64,000 nt of DNA from Candidatus Poribacteria bacterium (GCA_965205025.1 CBDBFU010000003.1:64001-128000), one strand, 5' to 3'; positions 41,921 to 52,358 are shown, counted from the first letter of the stretch. A program made the numbers and translations. The notes: a model not told the origin generated them from the sequence alone.

Positions 41921-43690
41921 CTACTTATCTAAATATTCAGAAGCTAATACATAAAAGAGTTTTGTATTCACACTATCAAAATTATTTCTGAATGAATCTT
42001 CAATTACATATTCTAACCGAGTTCCCTTTGGTAAGAATACCGGCTTTTGATAATGGTAGATATCTAACCATTCATCTAACCAGTCGATTTCTGATTTCTT
42101 AATCCAAGCCATCTTGACCTGTTCGTTTTTGGGTGTAATTCCAATGATCTTAATGCCTGGTGCCTCAACATACTGGGGTAAGAGAACAGAAACCACAAAA
42201 ACATCATTTCTAAACTCATAAGAATGCTTTATTTTTTGTTTATTAAGTTTTAATTGTTCTTGAGTATTTGAATTTAATGATGCTGTATGAAGCTTGGCTG
42301 CTTCTTGTTTTTTGGATATATATAGACCAAACTTTAGTGTGCCATGCTCTTCTTTTCCTGTACCTTGGTATAATACATTTAAGATAATGTCCGTTCCTTT
42401 GGTTAATAAAAAACCAACTCCATCTGGCAAGAGAGTAGGAAAGAATCCTTGTGACCATGTCCCTATTCTTACATCAAAATCAGAACTATTGACTTCTCTC
42501 CTATCAGTTTCGTTTATATATGAAAAAGAATTATCGGTTCTATTATGTGTATCAAGTCCAACAATTATACGACGCACAATTTTAGGATTTGTAGTTTTGA
42601 AATCTATTCCACGTATATATAGATCTTTCTTAGAGTCTGTCTTGACGCGAATTAAAAGTGAAGCATGTTTACCTTCGGTAAGTTTATTAAACACAATTGG
42701 AATTTCATTTAGCAAATCAGGTCTACCGAGCGTCCATTGTTCTACTGGATTCTTATAAGGGGTGGTAGATAATTCACCTTTTGGTGTTCCTGTTTTGACC
42801 CAAGAGGAAATCAAATCTACTTCAGTATCAGTTAGTTGATGTGAATTCGTAAATTCTCCATAACCATGTTCCAATCTTGCTGGTGGCATATACCCACGAT
42901 TTATACTTCTAATAATATCTGACGCATGTGACTGAACATCCATATATTCATCAAGTTTAAATGGGGCAATACCAAAATGATGATGACAGCTTTGACAGTT
43001 TTTCTTTAACAAGGGGGCAATGTGTTCTGTATATGTAATTGGATTTAGCTCTTTCACTTCAGGTAAATGAATTGTACAACCAAATGCAGGTGTTTCTTCG
43101 ATTGACACTTTTTTACCCGTGATTACTGCAGTTAGTGCATCTATCAAGTATTCATGCTTTACACGAGTGACATATCTATTATCATCAATCGCACCACGAT
43201 ACCTAAGTACTCCTGATTTATCAATTAGATGAACTTGAGGAGTCATAGTAGCATTAAGGTGTCTTGCTAAACGTCCATCAGAATCTTTTATTATTGGAAA
43301 TGTATACTCCGCTTTACTGAGATAATTCTTAACATCATCCATGGAATCGTTTTCATTAGAATAGATTCCAAAAATAGTGACCCCTCTATCGAAAAATTGT
43401 GTATGTAGACGTTTTAAACGCATTGCATAACGTTGGGCAACAGGACATTCTGCTGAGAGAAATACAAAAACAACATGACCTTGATTCAGGATACTATTTA
43501 AATGAAAAGTTTCATTTGTAACAGATGTGAATGAGATATCACCGAGTTTTGTTCCGATCTGAATTTTACCAGAACGTGCTGTAGATTCTTGAATCACACG
43601 ATGTTTCTTCGGAATTGTAAATTCTTCTTCGGCATTTACAAAGTGAGATAGACAAAAGATAAGTAGAAGAAGGGAAATGTTAAGTTTCAT
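41921..43690 (-). CDS. Secreted redoxin + c-type cytochrome + degenerate copper monooxygenase-like protein
   Basis: ECPVA..Y, YRGAIDD, FGC, CQSCH heme motif, MPP, WTLGRPDL. Confidence 0.75.
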   Translation of the reverse strand: MKLNISLLLLIFCLSHFVNAEEEFTIPKKHRVIQESTARSGKIQIGTKLGDISFTSVTNETFHLNSILNQGHVVFVFLSAECPVAQRYAMRLKRLHTQFFDRGVTIFGIYSNENDSMDDVKNYLSKAEYTFPIIKDSDGRLARHLNATMTPQVHLIDKSGVLRYRGAIDDNRYVTRVKHEYLIDALTAVITGKKVSIEETPAFGCTIHLPEVKELNPITYTEHIAPLLKKNCQSCHHHFGIAPFKLDEYMDVQSHASDIIRSINRGYMPPARLEHGYGEFTNSHQLTDTEVDLISSWVKTGTPKGELSTTPYKNPVEQWTLGRPDLLNEIPIVFNKLTEGKHASLLIRVKTDSKKDLYIRGIDFKTTNPKIVRRIIVGLDTHNRTDNSFSYINETDRREVNSSDFDVRIGTWSQGFFPTLLPDGVGFLLTKGTDIILNVLYQGTGKEEHGTLKFGLYISKKQEAAKLHTASLNSNTQEQLKLNKQKIKHSYEFRNDVFVVSVLLPQYVEAPGIKIIGITPKNEQVKMAWIKKSEIDWLDEWLDIYHYQKPVFLPKGTRLEYVIEDSFRNNFDSVNTKLFYVLASEYLDK

Positions 43691-43899
43691 CAGGTAAGTG
43701 ATCTATAGTACTGTAGGTATAGAATATGTCCTCACTTAAAGTATATTCTCATTTCACTGACTTCGTCAACTGTTTTTTCATGCTTACTTTGTTTCAGGTT
43801 TTTTCTTATAATTACGCGTTGTGCTAAATACTTTTAGCAACCAATTGTTTCACATAAATATGGCTTTGTATGAATATCTTTCATGAAGTTAACGTCAGT

Positions 43900-44528
43900 T
43901 TGATAAATAGAATTTTAGACACCATAGATTTGAACTGCTATATCGGTGCTACTCAGAAACTTCCCATACGACTTGTCGCATTACGCCTCTCTGAAGAACA
44001 AGCAAATAGCCAGCGTCGTGTCATCAGACGCGATGCGAAGCGAAGAGGGAACACGCCATCAAAGAACGCCTAATACACGCTGATTGGTATATTTTTATTA
44101 TAAATGTTGATGCGACACGGCTATCCGTAGAACAGATTGCGGCAATCATTCGCATTCGATGGCAAGTTGAACTCCTGTATAAATGTTTCAAAAGTGTCGG
44201 AAGAGTGAACACATCACGCAGAGAAAAACCCTATAGTATTTTATGTGAGGTATATGCCAAACTTATCACACAACTCCTAAGACACTGGATTATGATAGCA
44301 AGCGGTTGGCGATGATACACCACAATATCATCAAAACAGCAAAACTCATCAATCTATATGCACGCAAAATTACAATAAGTTTTGGTAAATCCAAAACCGC
44401 ACTACGAAAAACTCTTGAAGAAATAAAACGAACTATACTAAAAAGTGGGAAAAGGATACAAAATCAAGGGAAAAACACAACATTAGAGCGTCTAAAAGCA
44501 GTAGAAAATCCTTAAGTTGACACCTATG
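43900..44528 (+). pseudogene. IS4-family transposase 3' remnant with right end
   Basis: RLVALRLSEEQA..RR, IRIRWQVELLYKCFKS (YREK-like), LCEVYAKLI; frameshifts and stops; end cttaagttgacacctatg. Confidence 0.8.
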
Positions 44529-44750
44529 GGTTTCGCTGCTCAACCTAACCTACGAAACTGTTAAACACGGTTATGTGCCAGCTCCAATGAATTGAATGTA
44601 TTCAAGTTATCATCGTTATGTAAAATGCGGATTGTACGATGTAATGTGGGGTGCAAATGAAGGAATTATATTTGATCCACATATAATATAGAGAATGAAT
44701 TGATTATTTTATTTGGTTTCGTTCCTCAACCCAGCAACGAAATACCTTGA

Positions 44751-44984
44751 CTATTCAGTGTTCTGATATTCCGCAATAATCTTTGCTAATGCTCTTAATG
44801 CGTCATTCACAGTTTTGGCATCGGGAAATACCTTGGTAACATCTGGGGCGAGACAAATCAAGTTTTTGCTATCGTGGTATCTTTCCGCGTATTTTCCACG
44901 AACGCCTTCGCTGAAATCGTATTTATCAAGCATATCAGCATCATCTTGTTCTAATGTGGTCTGTTTCGTAAGTTTTTCTTTCAT
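44751..44984 (-). CDS. BrnA-like antitoxin (orphan)
   Basis: YDFSEGVRGKYAERY...LAPDVTKVFPDAKTVNDALRAL. Confidence 0.75.
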   Translation of the reverse strand: MKEKLTKQTTLEQDDADMLDKYDFSEGVRGKYAERYHDSKNLICLAPDVTKVFPDAKTVNDALRALAKIIAEYQNTE

Positions 44985-45000
44985 TGGCTGTTGCCTTTCG
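44955..45000 (-). pseudogene. C-terminal scrap of a BrnT-like toxin
   Basis: RKATANERKTYE overlapping the antitoxin start; no upstream part visible. Confidence 0.55.
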
Positions 45001-45367
45001 GTAATCCCATTGAAATTCCAATTTTAAAACTTTCGGAAATAGTTGATTAGTAGTTATACATTTGTCCTTATATCACATATTTTATAGAATAAAACAACCT
45101 GATTACTAATGCTACTAATCATAGAAATGTCGCATAGATTCAATTAAACTATAAAGATAATGACACGTAACTACATCGTAGAAGTAAGGGTTACTATACG
45201 TTTAAGATTAGATGGTGAATTAGTATTTTTACCTACATATATTTTGATATAAGATGATATGACAAAATTTTATGAATTGAATAGATTGAATAAGGTTAGC
45301 AGACCGTGATATATCTGTAAGTAGATATTTTTCGGTAGTTATGGTATCCTTTAGGTAGGAGGGAGTT

Positions 45368-45868
45368 ATGGCGAAATTACGTATTATATACCTTATACCG
45401 ATTTTAGGATGTGTTGCTTTATGTAGTATCTTTGCATGGGCACAAAAGAATAGTGAAACCGAGAAAGGAAGGATTTCTTTGGCTGAGATTGGAGTGACAC
45501 CAGAGCAGAAAACTCAAATTGATGCTATGTGGAAACTAAAACTACAAAAGCATAGACAAGCAGTTAAGGATTTGAAGACTTTAAACCGTTATGTTAAAGA
45601 TAAACTCATGAGTGAGAAAGAGATCCGTGAAACACTGGAGAAATTTCGTTCAAAACGAAAAGAGATGCAGGATAAGATTGATAAAGCAGAGGATGCACTA
45701 ATAAAGAGTCTATCCCCTCGCGCACAACTTCACCTGACAGTATTTGGTATTTTAGATAACGGTTTACCGCGTAGAACCACGAAAACGCAATCGGATAAAG
45801 AGGTAGGACAAAAAAATAACGGTGTTTCAACTCCTGTTGAACAACCACCGTCAAATACATTACAATAA
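45368..45868 (+). CDS. Exported helical protein (Spy/CpxP-like)
   Basis: Signal peptide; IGVTPEQKTQI and LSPRAQ resemble LTxxQ motifs. Confidence 0.55.
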   Translation: MAKLRIIYLIPILGCVALCSIFAWAQKNSETEKGRISLAEIGVTPEQKTQIDAMWKLKLQKHRQAVKDLKTLNRYVKDKLMSEKEIRETLEKFRSKRKEMQDKIDKAEDALIKSLSPRAQLHLTVFGILDNGLPRRTTKTQSDKEVGQKNNGVSTPVEQPPSNTLQ

Positions 45869-45870
45869 GA

Positions 45871-45946
<76 letters not shown>

Positions 45947-46014
45947 ACTATGCTAATAATTTAATAATAACATATCGTTGTTAAAAAAGCAAATAATTTT
46001 AGGACTTCAACAAG

Positions 46015-46848
46015 ATGGATAAAAGCGAACCAGATATCTTTTTTTATTTCGCAGATCAACCGGATAGCGAGGTAGGACTTGCGATGGGGGCGCTACTTAT
46101 TGCCCAAAGTGAATATCCCGAGGTTGATATAGATAATTATATACATAAATTAGACGAGATGGCTGAAGAGGTACGAGAGCGGATATCTCAAATAGAACTA
46201 CCTCACGAACAGATAGCTGAATACAATCGTTATTTTTTTCATGAAAACAGGTTCAGAAGAGAGGTTATTGGCTTTTATGACCCGGCTAACAATTACCTCA
46301 ACGATGTAATTGATAGAAAAACGGGAATTGATGTAACACTGTATATACTGTATATCGAAATTGGTAGGAAGGCAGGTTTACCTCTTTCCGCCATTAACTT
46401 ACCCTCTTATTGTATTGTCCGGTACAAGTTTAAACATTTTGATATTTTCTTAGACTTAGGTGACGAAGGCAATATTATGTCTGAGGAAGCATTTCAAGAA
46501 AAGTTAGAGCTTGTATTTGGTGAAGAGGCAGGCATTCAACGGAGATTCCTTAATGAGGATGCGAATAAAGAAACATTAGCTCGGATTTTACGCAACCTTG
46601 CAAGGATATATACTGATGAGAACGAGTATGATAAGGCAATACAAGCCTTAAAACGAATTACATGGTTAACGCCACAATATATGACTCCGTACCGTCGACT
46701 TGGAAATCTGTTCTATCAGGTTGGGGATTATAATGAAGCTTTAGATGCTTTTGAAACCTATCTCAATGGTATAGAGAGTCCAAATAGTGAAGAAAATGTT
46801 ATTGAGAATATACGAATACTTCGTAGAATTATTGCCAAAATGAATTGA
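46015..46848 (+). CDS. SirB1/YchA transglutaminase-like protein with C-terminal TPR
   Basis: ALLIAQSEYP, YDPANNYLNDVIDRKTGI, ILRNL, TPR tail. Confidence 0.85.
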   Translation: MDKSEPDIFFYFADQPDSEVGLAMGALLIAQSEYPEVDIDNYIHKLDEMAEEVRERISQIELPHEQIAEYNRYFFHENRFRREVIGFYDPANNYLNDVIDRKTGIDVTLYILYIEIGRKAGLPLSAINLPSYCIVRYKFKHFDIFLDLGDEGNIMSEEAFQEKLELVFGEEAGIQRRFLNEDANKETLARILRNLARIYTDENEYDKAIQALKRITWLTPQYMTPYRRLGNLFYQVGDYNEALDAFETYLNGIESPNSEENVIENIRILRRIIAKMN

Positions 46849-46891
46849 TCTCCCAGGTGTAGTACGAGGATGCTAACTTGTTAATTTAGTA

Positions 46892-47041
46892 CTATAGTAA
46901 ACAATAAAATGAATACTACATTTTCTATTGGCTCAACTTACGTTCGCGTCCCACACCTCTTCTGTAGGAGCGACCTCCCGGTCGCGACCAGGAGGTCGCT
47001 CCTACAAGTAAAGTGTCTAATTAAATCTAAAGTTTACTATA
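46892..47041. mobile_element. MITE-like element (tatagtaaac...gtttactata) carrying a complete GTAG REP palindrome
   Basis: tgtaggagcgacctcccggtcgcgaccaggaggtcgctcctaca at 46963-47006 inside short TIRs. Confidence 0.65.
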
Positions 47042-47088
47042 AATGTATAAGCGAAACGATATTAGAATCTTCAATTGAGGAGGGATTT

Positions 47089-47871
47089 ATGTTGTGTCAT
47101 AATTACAATTACATTTGGTTATGCTTAATACTACTTCTATTTAACACGCTCACACCGGTATTTGCACAAGGAGAAAAAGCAGAAACCCTTGTAGGACATT
47201 GGACATTTGAAAAAGGTGAGGATTTAAAGGATATTACAGGCAACTTTCCTGATATTACGCTCAATGGGGCGACAATAGAAGATGGAAAATTGAATGTTGA
47301 CCCCGGTAAGTGGGCAATTGCAAGTGGATATACTGGTCCAGATATTGAGGAAAAGACTTTGGTATCCTGGGTTATTATGGACGATCTCAACGTTCAAGCA
47401 GGTTCAATATTAACCATCGACCGTCTCTCAGATCCAACATTTGATGGTATTGTCTTTGGAGAACGTCAAAAAAATCGTTGGATGGCAGGGAGTGGTTGGT
47501 TCCACCGAACAAAAGATCCTGAACCAGGTTTTGAGGAAAAGAAGACTGGACAGTTGGTTATGATAGCTATTTCGTACGGTGATGATAACGGCACTGCACA
47601 CGTGGTGCTATATCGTAACGGAAACAAGATAGGGGACTATACATTTGGTCAATTTGTTGTGTTTGCCAACAAGGATGCAGAAGCAATTTGGGGTAAACGC
47701 CACGGAAGTGTTGCTGGTGGTCCAGGTGACCTTGACGTTCATATTGAAGACTCACGGATTTATAACACCGTACTCAGTCAAGCAGAGATAAAGAAACTGA
47801 TGCCAAATACACTTGATGTTGAAGCACATCGGAAACTCTCCACAACTTGGGGAAGATTAAAGGCTATGTAG
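47089..47871 (+). CDS. Secreted LamG/concanavalin-like protein with C-terminal VEAHRKLSTTWGRLK motif
   Basis: GAGGAGG RBS before ATG 47089; LVGHWTFE, LYRNG, IEDSRIYNTVLSQAEI. Confidence 0.85.
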   Translation: MLCHNYNYIWLCLILLLFNTLTPVFAQGEKAETLVGHWTFEKGEDLKDITGNFPDITLNGATIEDGKLNVDPGKWAIASGYTGPDIEEKTLVSWVIMDDLNVQAGSILTIDRLSDPTFDGIVFGERQKNRWMAGSGWFHRTKDPEPGFEEKKTGQLVMIAISYGDDNGTAHVVLYRNGNKIGDYTFGQFVVFANKDAEAIWGKRHGSVAGGPGDLDVHIEDSRIYNTVLSQAEIKKLMPNTLDVEAHRKLSTTWGRLKAM

Positions 47872-48049
47872 AGATCTTTTTTGTGCAAGATATTCTGTAA
47901 ATATTAATTCCTTTAGATATTCTTTACTGTAGTTTGGACAGTTTCTGTCGGTCTCTTGTCGTGTTTCAAGGGTGTCCTCTATTTTCCTGATAGTTTTGGG
48001 GTCGGTATAACTCACTGAAAAGCGCTTTTATGTCAAAGCGGTCATCTTT

Positions 48050-48288
48050 CATAGCCCTCCGCTGGAGTGCGGAGTTCTCTGCCTCTTATTTCTATAGACA
48101 TATTACGCCGCTGGCGTGAGGAGACATCGTAATCGTAATGTCGGTATCGTTAGTTCTCTATTGATTGCGTCTAACACACGGATAAATGTAGGTCTTGCTC
48201 CAGCGGAGCAATATGTCTATAGCAGTGAAGCATAACAATCCCGCACTCCAGCGAAGTGCTATTTCTAAAAATTGTCCAAACTATAGTA
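48050..48288. mobile_element. Inverted copy of the 8201-8433 REPIN/MITE-like element
   Basis: Reverse-complement similarity over ~235 bp. Confidence 0.85.
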
Positions 48289-48407
48289 TTCTCTTATAAA
48301 CAAAGGTTAAATATGTTGGCAAGTAAAATCATATCTAAATGTGCAACTGAAACTTTACAGAATTGTAATGATTTATTTTCAATATAAGGAGCGATGTTGT
48401 AAAAAAG

Positions 48408-49790
48408 ATGTTAACCAAAGCTGACATTGAACATGAAAAATCACAGCATGATTCCCAATTTTTCAAGGTTGCACTTGCTCCTAAAAACGAGGAACAACAG
48501 TTGTTGTTTACACTTAAAAACCTTGGAAAATTACCGGATGGTTTTAACGGTAAGTTGTTTATGCCATTGCTTAAGCATCGTAATCCGAAAATTCGATGTC
48601 TTGCTGTAAAAAACGTCGGAAAGTTGAAAAATGAAAGTTATTTAGAGAAACTCATAGCGTTTGCCGATACAGAGAAGAATACCGAAACACGTCGTGAAGC
48701 AGTATCAGCAATAGGAAGACTCAAAACTGAAAACGCAATTCCAATTTTAACCAGATACACCACAGATAATGATCCAAAAATTATATTGCAAGCACTCCGT
48801 GGATTACTTTACTTCCGAGAACATCCTGATGTTAAATCAACATTAGTTTCACTTGAACAACATCCTAATGAGATGATTCGCGAACATATAGCAAGTGAAT
48901 TAATGTGTCAAAACCAAGTCAAAAACTCAAATAAACATAATCATCCCACCAGTCCAGATCAACTTAAAAATGTCATGGTCAGTGCTGATGTTCAAGATGT
49001 GTTGAAAATCATTCCAGACGAATCAATACATCTAACTTTTACGTCTCCACCGTATTACAATGCCCGTGATTATACTATTTTTCCGAGTTATGAATCATAT
49101 CTCGAATTTCTTACCTCTGTATTCAAAGAGACACATCGTATTACCAAAGAAGGTAGATTTTTTGTATTGAATACTTCACCTGTTATCGTGCCGCGGATTA
49201 GTCGCGCACATTCCAGTAAAAGGTACGCCATCCCTTATGATATTCACCCACGACTGACTGAAATTGGATGGGAGTTTATTGATGACATCGTATGGATGAA
49301 GCCAGAACATTCTGCGAAGAATAGAAATGGGGGTTTTTTCCAACATCGTAAACCCCTCGGTTACAAGGCGAATTCTGTTACAGAAAGTGTGATGGTATAT
49401 CGTAAAAAAACAGATAAATTGATTGATTGGAATATACGGCAATATGATGATGAGACAACCACCTCAAGCAGAATAATGGGGGATTATGAAAAAACAAACG
49501 TTTGGCGAATTAACCCGGCCTCTGACAAAATTCACCCCGCAGTTTTTCCCACTGAATTAGCTATGCGTATTATACAATTTTATTCCTTTAAAGGTGATCT
49601 TGTTTTTGATCCATTTGGGGGGAGTGGGACAGTCGGACAGGTAGCCCTTGATCATGAAAGGTACTTTTTTCTTTGTGAAAAAGAAAAAGAATATATAGAA
49701 CGTGCTACTCAGTCGGTCAATAATGCAATGTTCTCTAAAGTGGAGCCTCGGATACTTACATTGACAGAATTACAAGCTGAATTTGTATAG
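48408..49790 (+). CDS. HEAT-repeat domain fused to a beta-class N4-cytosine DNA methyltransferase
   Basis: HEAT repeats (IRCLAVKNVGKL, TRREAVSAIGRL), TFTSPPYY, HPAVFP, VFDPFGGSGT. Confidence 0.88.
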   Translation: MLTKADIEHEKSQHDSQFFKVALAPKNEEQQLLFTLKNLGKLPDGFNGKLFMPLLKHRNPKIRCLAVKNVGKLKNESYLEKLIAFADTEKNTETRREAVSAIGRLKTENAIPILTRYTTDNDPKIILQALRGLLYFREHPDVKSTLVSLEQHPNEMIREHIASELMCQNQVKNSNKHNHPTSPDQLKNVMVSADVQDVLKIIPDESIHLTFTSPPYYNARDYTIFPSYESYLEFLTSVFKETHRITKEGRFFVLNTSPVIVPRISRAHSSKRYAIPYDIHPRLTEIGWEFIDDIVWMKPEHSAKNRNGGFFQHRKPLGYKANSVTESVMVYRKKTDKLIDWNIRQYDDETTTSSRIMGDYEKTNVWRINPASDKIHPAVFPTELAMRIIQFYSFKGDLVFDPFGGSGTVGQVALDHERYFFLCEKEKEYIERATQSVNNAMFSKVEPRILTLTELQAEFV

Positions 49791-49802
49791 AGGATTCAAA
49801 AT

Positions 49803-50768
49803 ATGACGATTACGGGTGCGGTAATTAAGAATATAATTCGGAAACTCCTTGCAGGAGAGGATTATCGAACTGAAGTTTTAGCATTGATTAATGCTGAATT
49901 TTTGCAGTATGCTGTGGACTTTTTTAAGCGTGTAGCTTGCGCAAAGTTAGATAATAAGTCAGTAACTGCCGATTGGTACAAAAAGGAATTTCTCAATTCA
50001 GATTTATTTCGGCCAGAAGAAATTGCAATCCATTCAGGACTAAATAAAAAGACAATTACTAATGCCTACAATTCAGCCAGCAAAAAAATAGTATTAGAAG
50101 CCTCTATAGATCATTATGAAACACTATATAACGCTATTAATAGTTTGACTGAACAAGATGACTTGGATGTATCGTTGACAATTAAATTTCGAGATGTTAG
50201 TGTAGATTTGGATATTAATGAGAGTTTAATTGTTGTCAATACCCTCGCAGTCAAACGTTCTGCACTTCGCGGAGCATTATGGAGTACATCTGGGAAACAG
50301 GTCGAAAAACCTTTAATGATGACTCTTTGTGCACTTTTCCAAGTACCAAAAAAACATTTTGATCAGAGAAATCTTCCAGAGTCAGAACGCGAATCCGACT
50401 TTTATCTATTCGATGAAACAGGGAAGGACTACCCTTGTGAAGTGAAGTTAATGGGAAAAGGGAATCCCGAAAGTGCTGACGCCGTATTTGCAAGAGGTAG
50501 TCGTGTTTTAGTGGCAAACAAACTCTCTGAGGCAAATAAACAACAAATGGATAATGTTGGAATTCTTTGGGTTGAACTCCAAACTGAAGATGGGTATAAG
50601 CGTTTTGAGAATGTACTAAAAGCCCTGTCAATTCCATGTAAACCATTTACAGGTAATCTCCAAAATCTATTAGAAGAGATTTTATCGATAATTCTTTCTG
50701 ATGATATTCAAGAGTCTGTAACCCCAAATGTGTTTTTTGCAAGAGAATCTACTGGATTCAAAGTCTGA
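49803..50768 (+). CDS. CfrBI-family type II restriction endonuclease
   Basis: KLLAGEDYR..INAEFLQYAVDFFK, LRGALWSTSGKQVEKPLM, RESDF..CEVKLMGKGNPESAD; adjacent to the m4C MTase. Confidence 0.8.
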   Translation: MTITGAVIKNIIRKLLAGEDYRTEVLALINAEFLQYAVDFFKRVACAKLDNKSVTADWYKKEFLNSDLFRPEEIAIHSGLNKKTITNAYNSASKKIVLEASIDHYETLYNAINSLTEQDDLDVSLTIKFRDVSVDLDINESLIVVNTLAVKRSALRGALWSTSGKQVEKPLMMTLCALFQVPKKHFDQRNLPESERESDFYLFDETGKDYPCEVKLMGKGNPESADAVFARGSRVLVANKLSEANKQQMDNVGILWVELQTEDGYKRFENVLKALSIPCKPFTGNLQNLLEEILSIILSDDIQESVTPNVFFARESTGFKV

Positions 50769-50792
50769 TTCAGAATTGCTCATAGAAATTGA

Positions 50793-51476
50793 ATGAAAAT
50801 CTTAGGAATTGATACCTCTACCCCTATTGGGAGTGTTGCTCTCATAGAGGATGATAACATTGTTGCTGAACATACACTTAATATCGTCCAAGCACACTCT
50901 TCAAGACTTATGCCTGCTATTGATACAGTCCTAAAAAAGTGTGGAGATATAACACCAAAGGATTTAGATGGATGTGCTGTTGGAATTGGACCAGGATCAT
51001 TCACAGGTATTCGAATTGGCGTAGCCACTGCTAAATCGCTTTGCTATGCTGTTGACAAACCGATTGTCGGTGTATCTACTTTAGAGGCAATTGGCTATAA
51101 CCTTCGTTGGACAAATGGGTTAGTATGTCCGATTCTTGATGCACGGAGAAGTGAAATTTATGGATGTATCCTTCACGGAGGTACAGATTGGAAACGTTTG
51201 ACAGAAGATCTATGCCTGTCAATTGATACTTTCTTAGATGAATTGGATAAGCAAACCTCTTCTAACGCCAATGTTAATTTTGTTGGTGATGGACTTGCAT
51301 CCTACGGAGATGCTATCCGAGAAAGACTTGGCGAACAAGCATATTTTGCTGAATCAATCTTCAATGTACCACGAGGAGCCACAATTGCACACCTTGGTGC
51401 ACAACGTCTCAAACAGGGAGATAGTGATAGTTATTGGACTATAGTCCCCAATTATGTTAGAGTAGGATTATACTGA
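50793..51476 (+). CDS. tsaB: tRNA t6A biosynthesis protein TsaB
   Basis: ILGIDTS, HSSRLMP, GIGPGSFTGIRIG, LDARRSEIY, PNYVR. Confidence 0.95.
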   Translation: MKILGIDTSTPIGSVALIEDDNIVAEHTLNIVQAHSSRLMPAIDTVLKKCGDITPKDLDGCAVGIGPGSFTGIRIGVATAKSLCYAVDKPIVGVSTLEAIGYNLRWTNGLVCPILDARRSEIYGCILHGGTDWKRLTEDLCLSIDTFLDELDKQTSSNANVNFVGDGLASYGDAIRERLGEQAYFAESIFNVPRGATIAHLGAQRLKQGDSDSYWTIVPNYVRVGLY

Positions 51477-51497
51477 TTCCTAAGGAGTTTCATATCT

Positions 51498-52358
51498 ATG
51501 TTACATCTTCAGAAGTGTTTCATCACATCTCTCTTCGTTGTAATTATCAGTGTCTGTTTTTCAACATTTACATATGCAGTGAAAATCGGTACACGGATAT
51601 TCACATCGGATCTTGCTAACGATATTGAATATACAGAGAAGTATTATGGGAAAGTGAATATACTTATAATATATTCACCTGATTTGAAAGAATCGGAGAA
51701 CATAACAAAACAATTTAGTAAGAAATATGATACTTCGATAGTGTGGCGACTTCAACCAGAGAGCAATGATATTGGTATGGTCATTGTGGATAAGTCTGGG
51801 TATGTCCGTTGGAAATACTTATATGAAACCTTGGATTTCAAGGCACAAGATCTACTGTCAGAACTTAGTAAACTCAAAAGAAGTAAACCATTATCTATTG
51901 ATTCACCTGTCCCAGATTTTAGATTGACTGATACTGATGGAAAAACAGAATATGCTCTATCAGATTATAAGGGTAAAAAGAACGTACTTGTTAGCCTTCT
52001 ACTTCAAACTTACTGACCGGTATGTTCAAACTACACATCGCAGTTTGCGATAGACAAACAACTATTTGACGAAGAATACGATACCGTTATCCTAACAATC
52101 AAACCGGAACCCCACGCAATCGTAAAGACATTTAAAGATCCTGAAACAATGGATGTTCCCATACTTGCTGATCCAGGATCTTCTGTTCATGAAGCCTTCG
52201 GAATTATCAAACCTTATCGTTTCCATAGACGTGACATGTACTTACCAGCTACATTCTTAGTGGATAAAGAAGGCAATTTGAAGTGGCTTTATGTTGGCAA
52301 AAGAAATACTGATCGTCCCTCCCGAGAACTTATTCTTGAACAACTCTCCAAACTATAA
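51498..52358 (+). CDS. Exported AhpC/TSA (thioredoxin-fold) selenoprotein; in-frame TGA at 52014-52016 read as Sec (U-P-V-C)
   Basis: The two track ORFs are in frame with no other stop between them; PDFRL..LSDYKGKK..LQTY-U-PVC..ILADP..PATFLVDKEG. Confidence 0.85.
52037..52051 (+). promoter_or_regulatory. Candidate bacterial SECIS hairpin
   Basis: atcgca-gtt-tgcgat with the loop G 27 nt after the UGA. Confidence 0.55.

Noticed and set aside
46909-47088. N-terminal extension of the LamG ORF
   Set aside because: It reads through a REP-bearing MITE; the RBS and signal peptide support a start at 47089.
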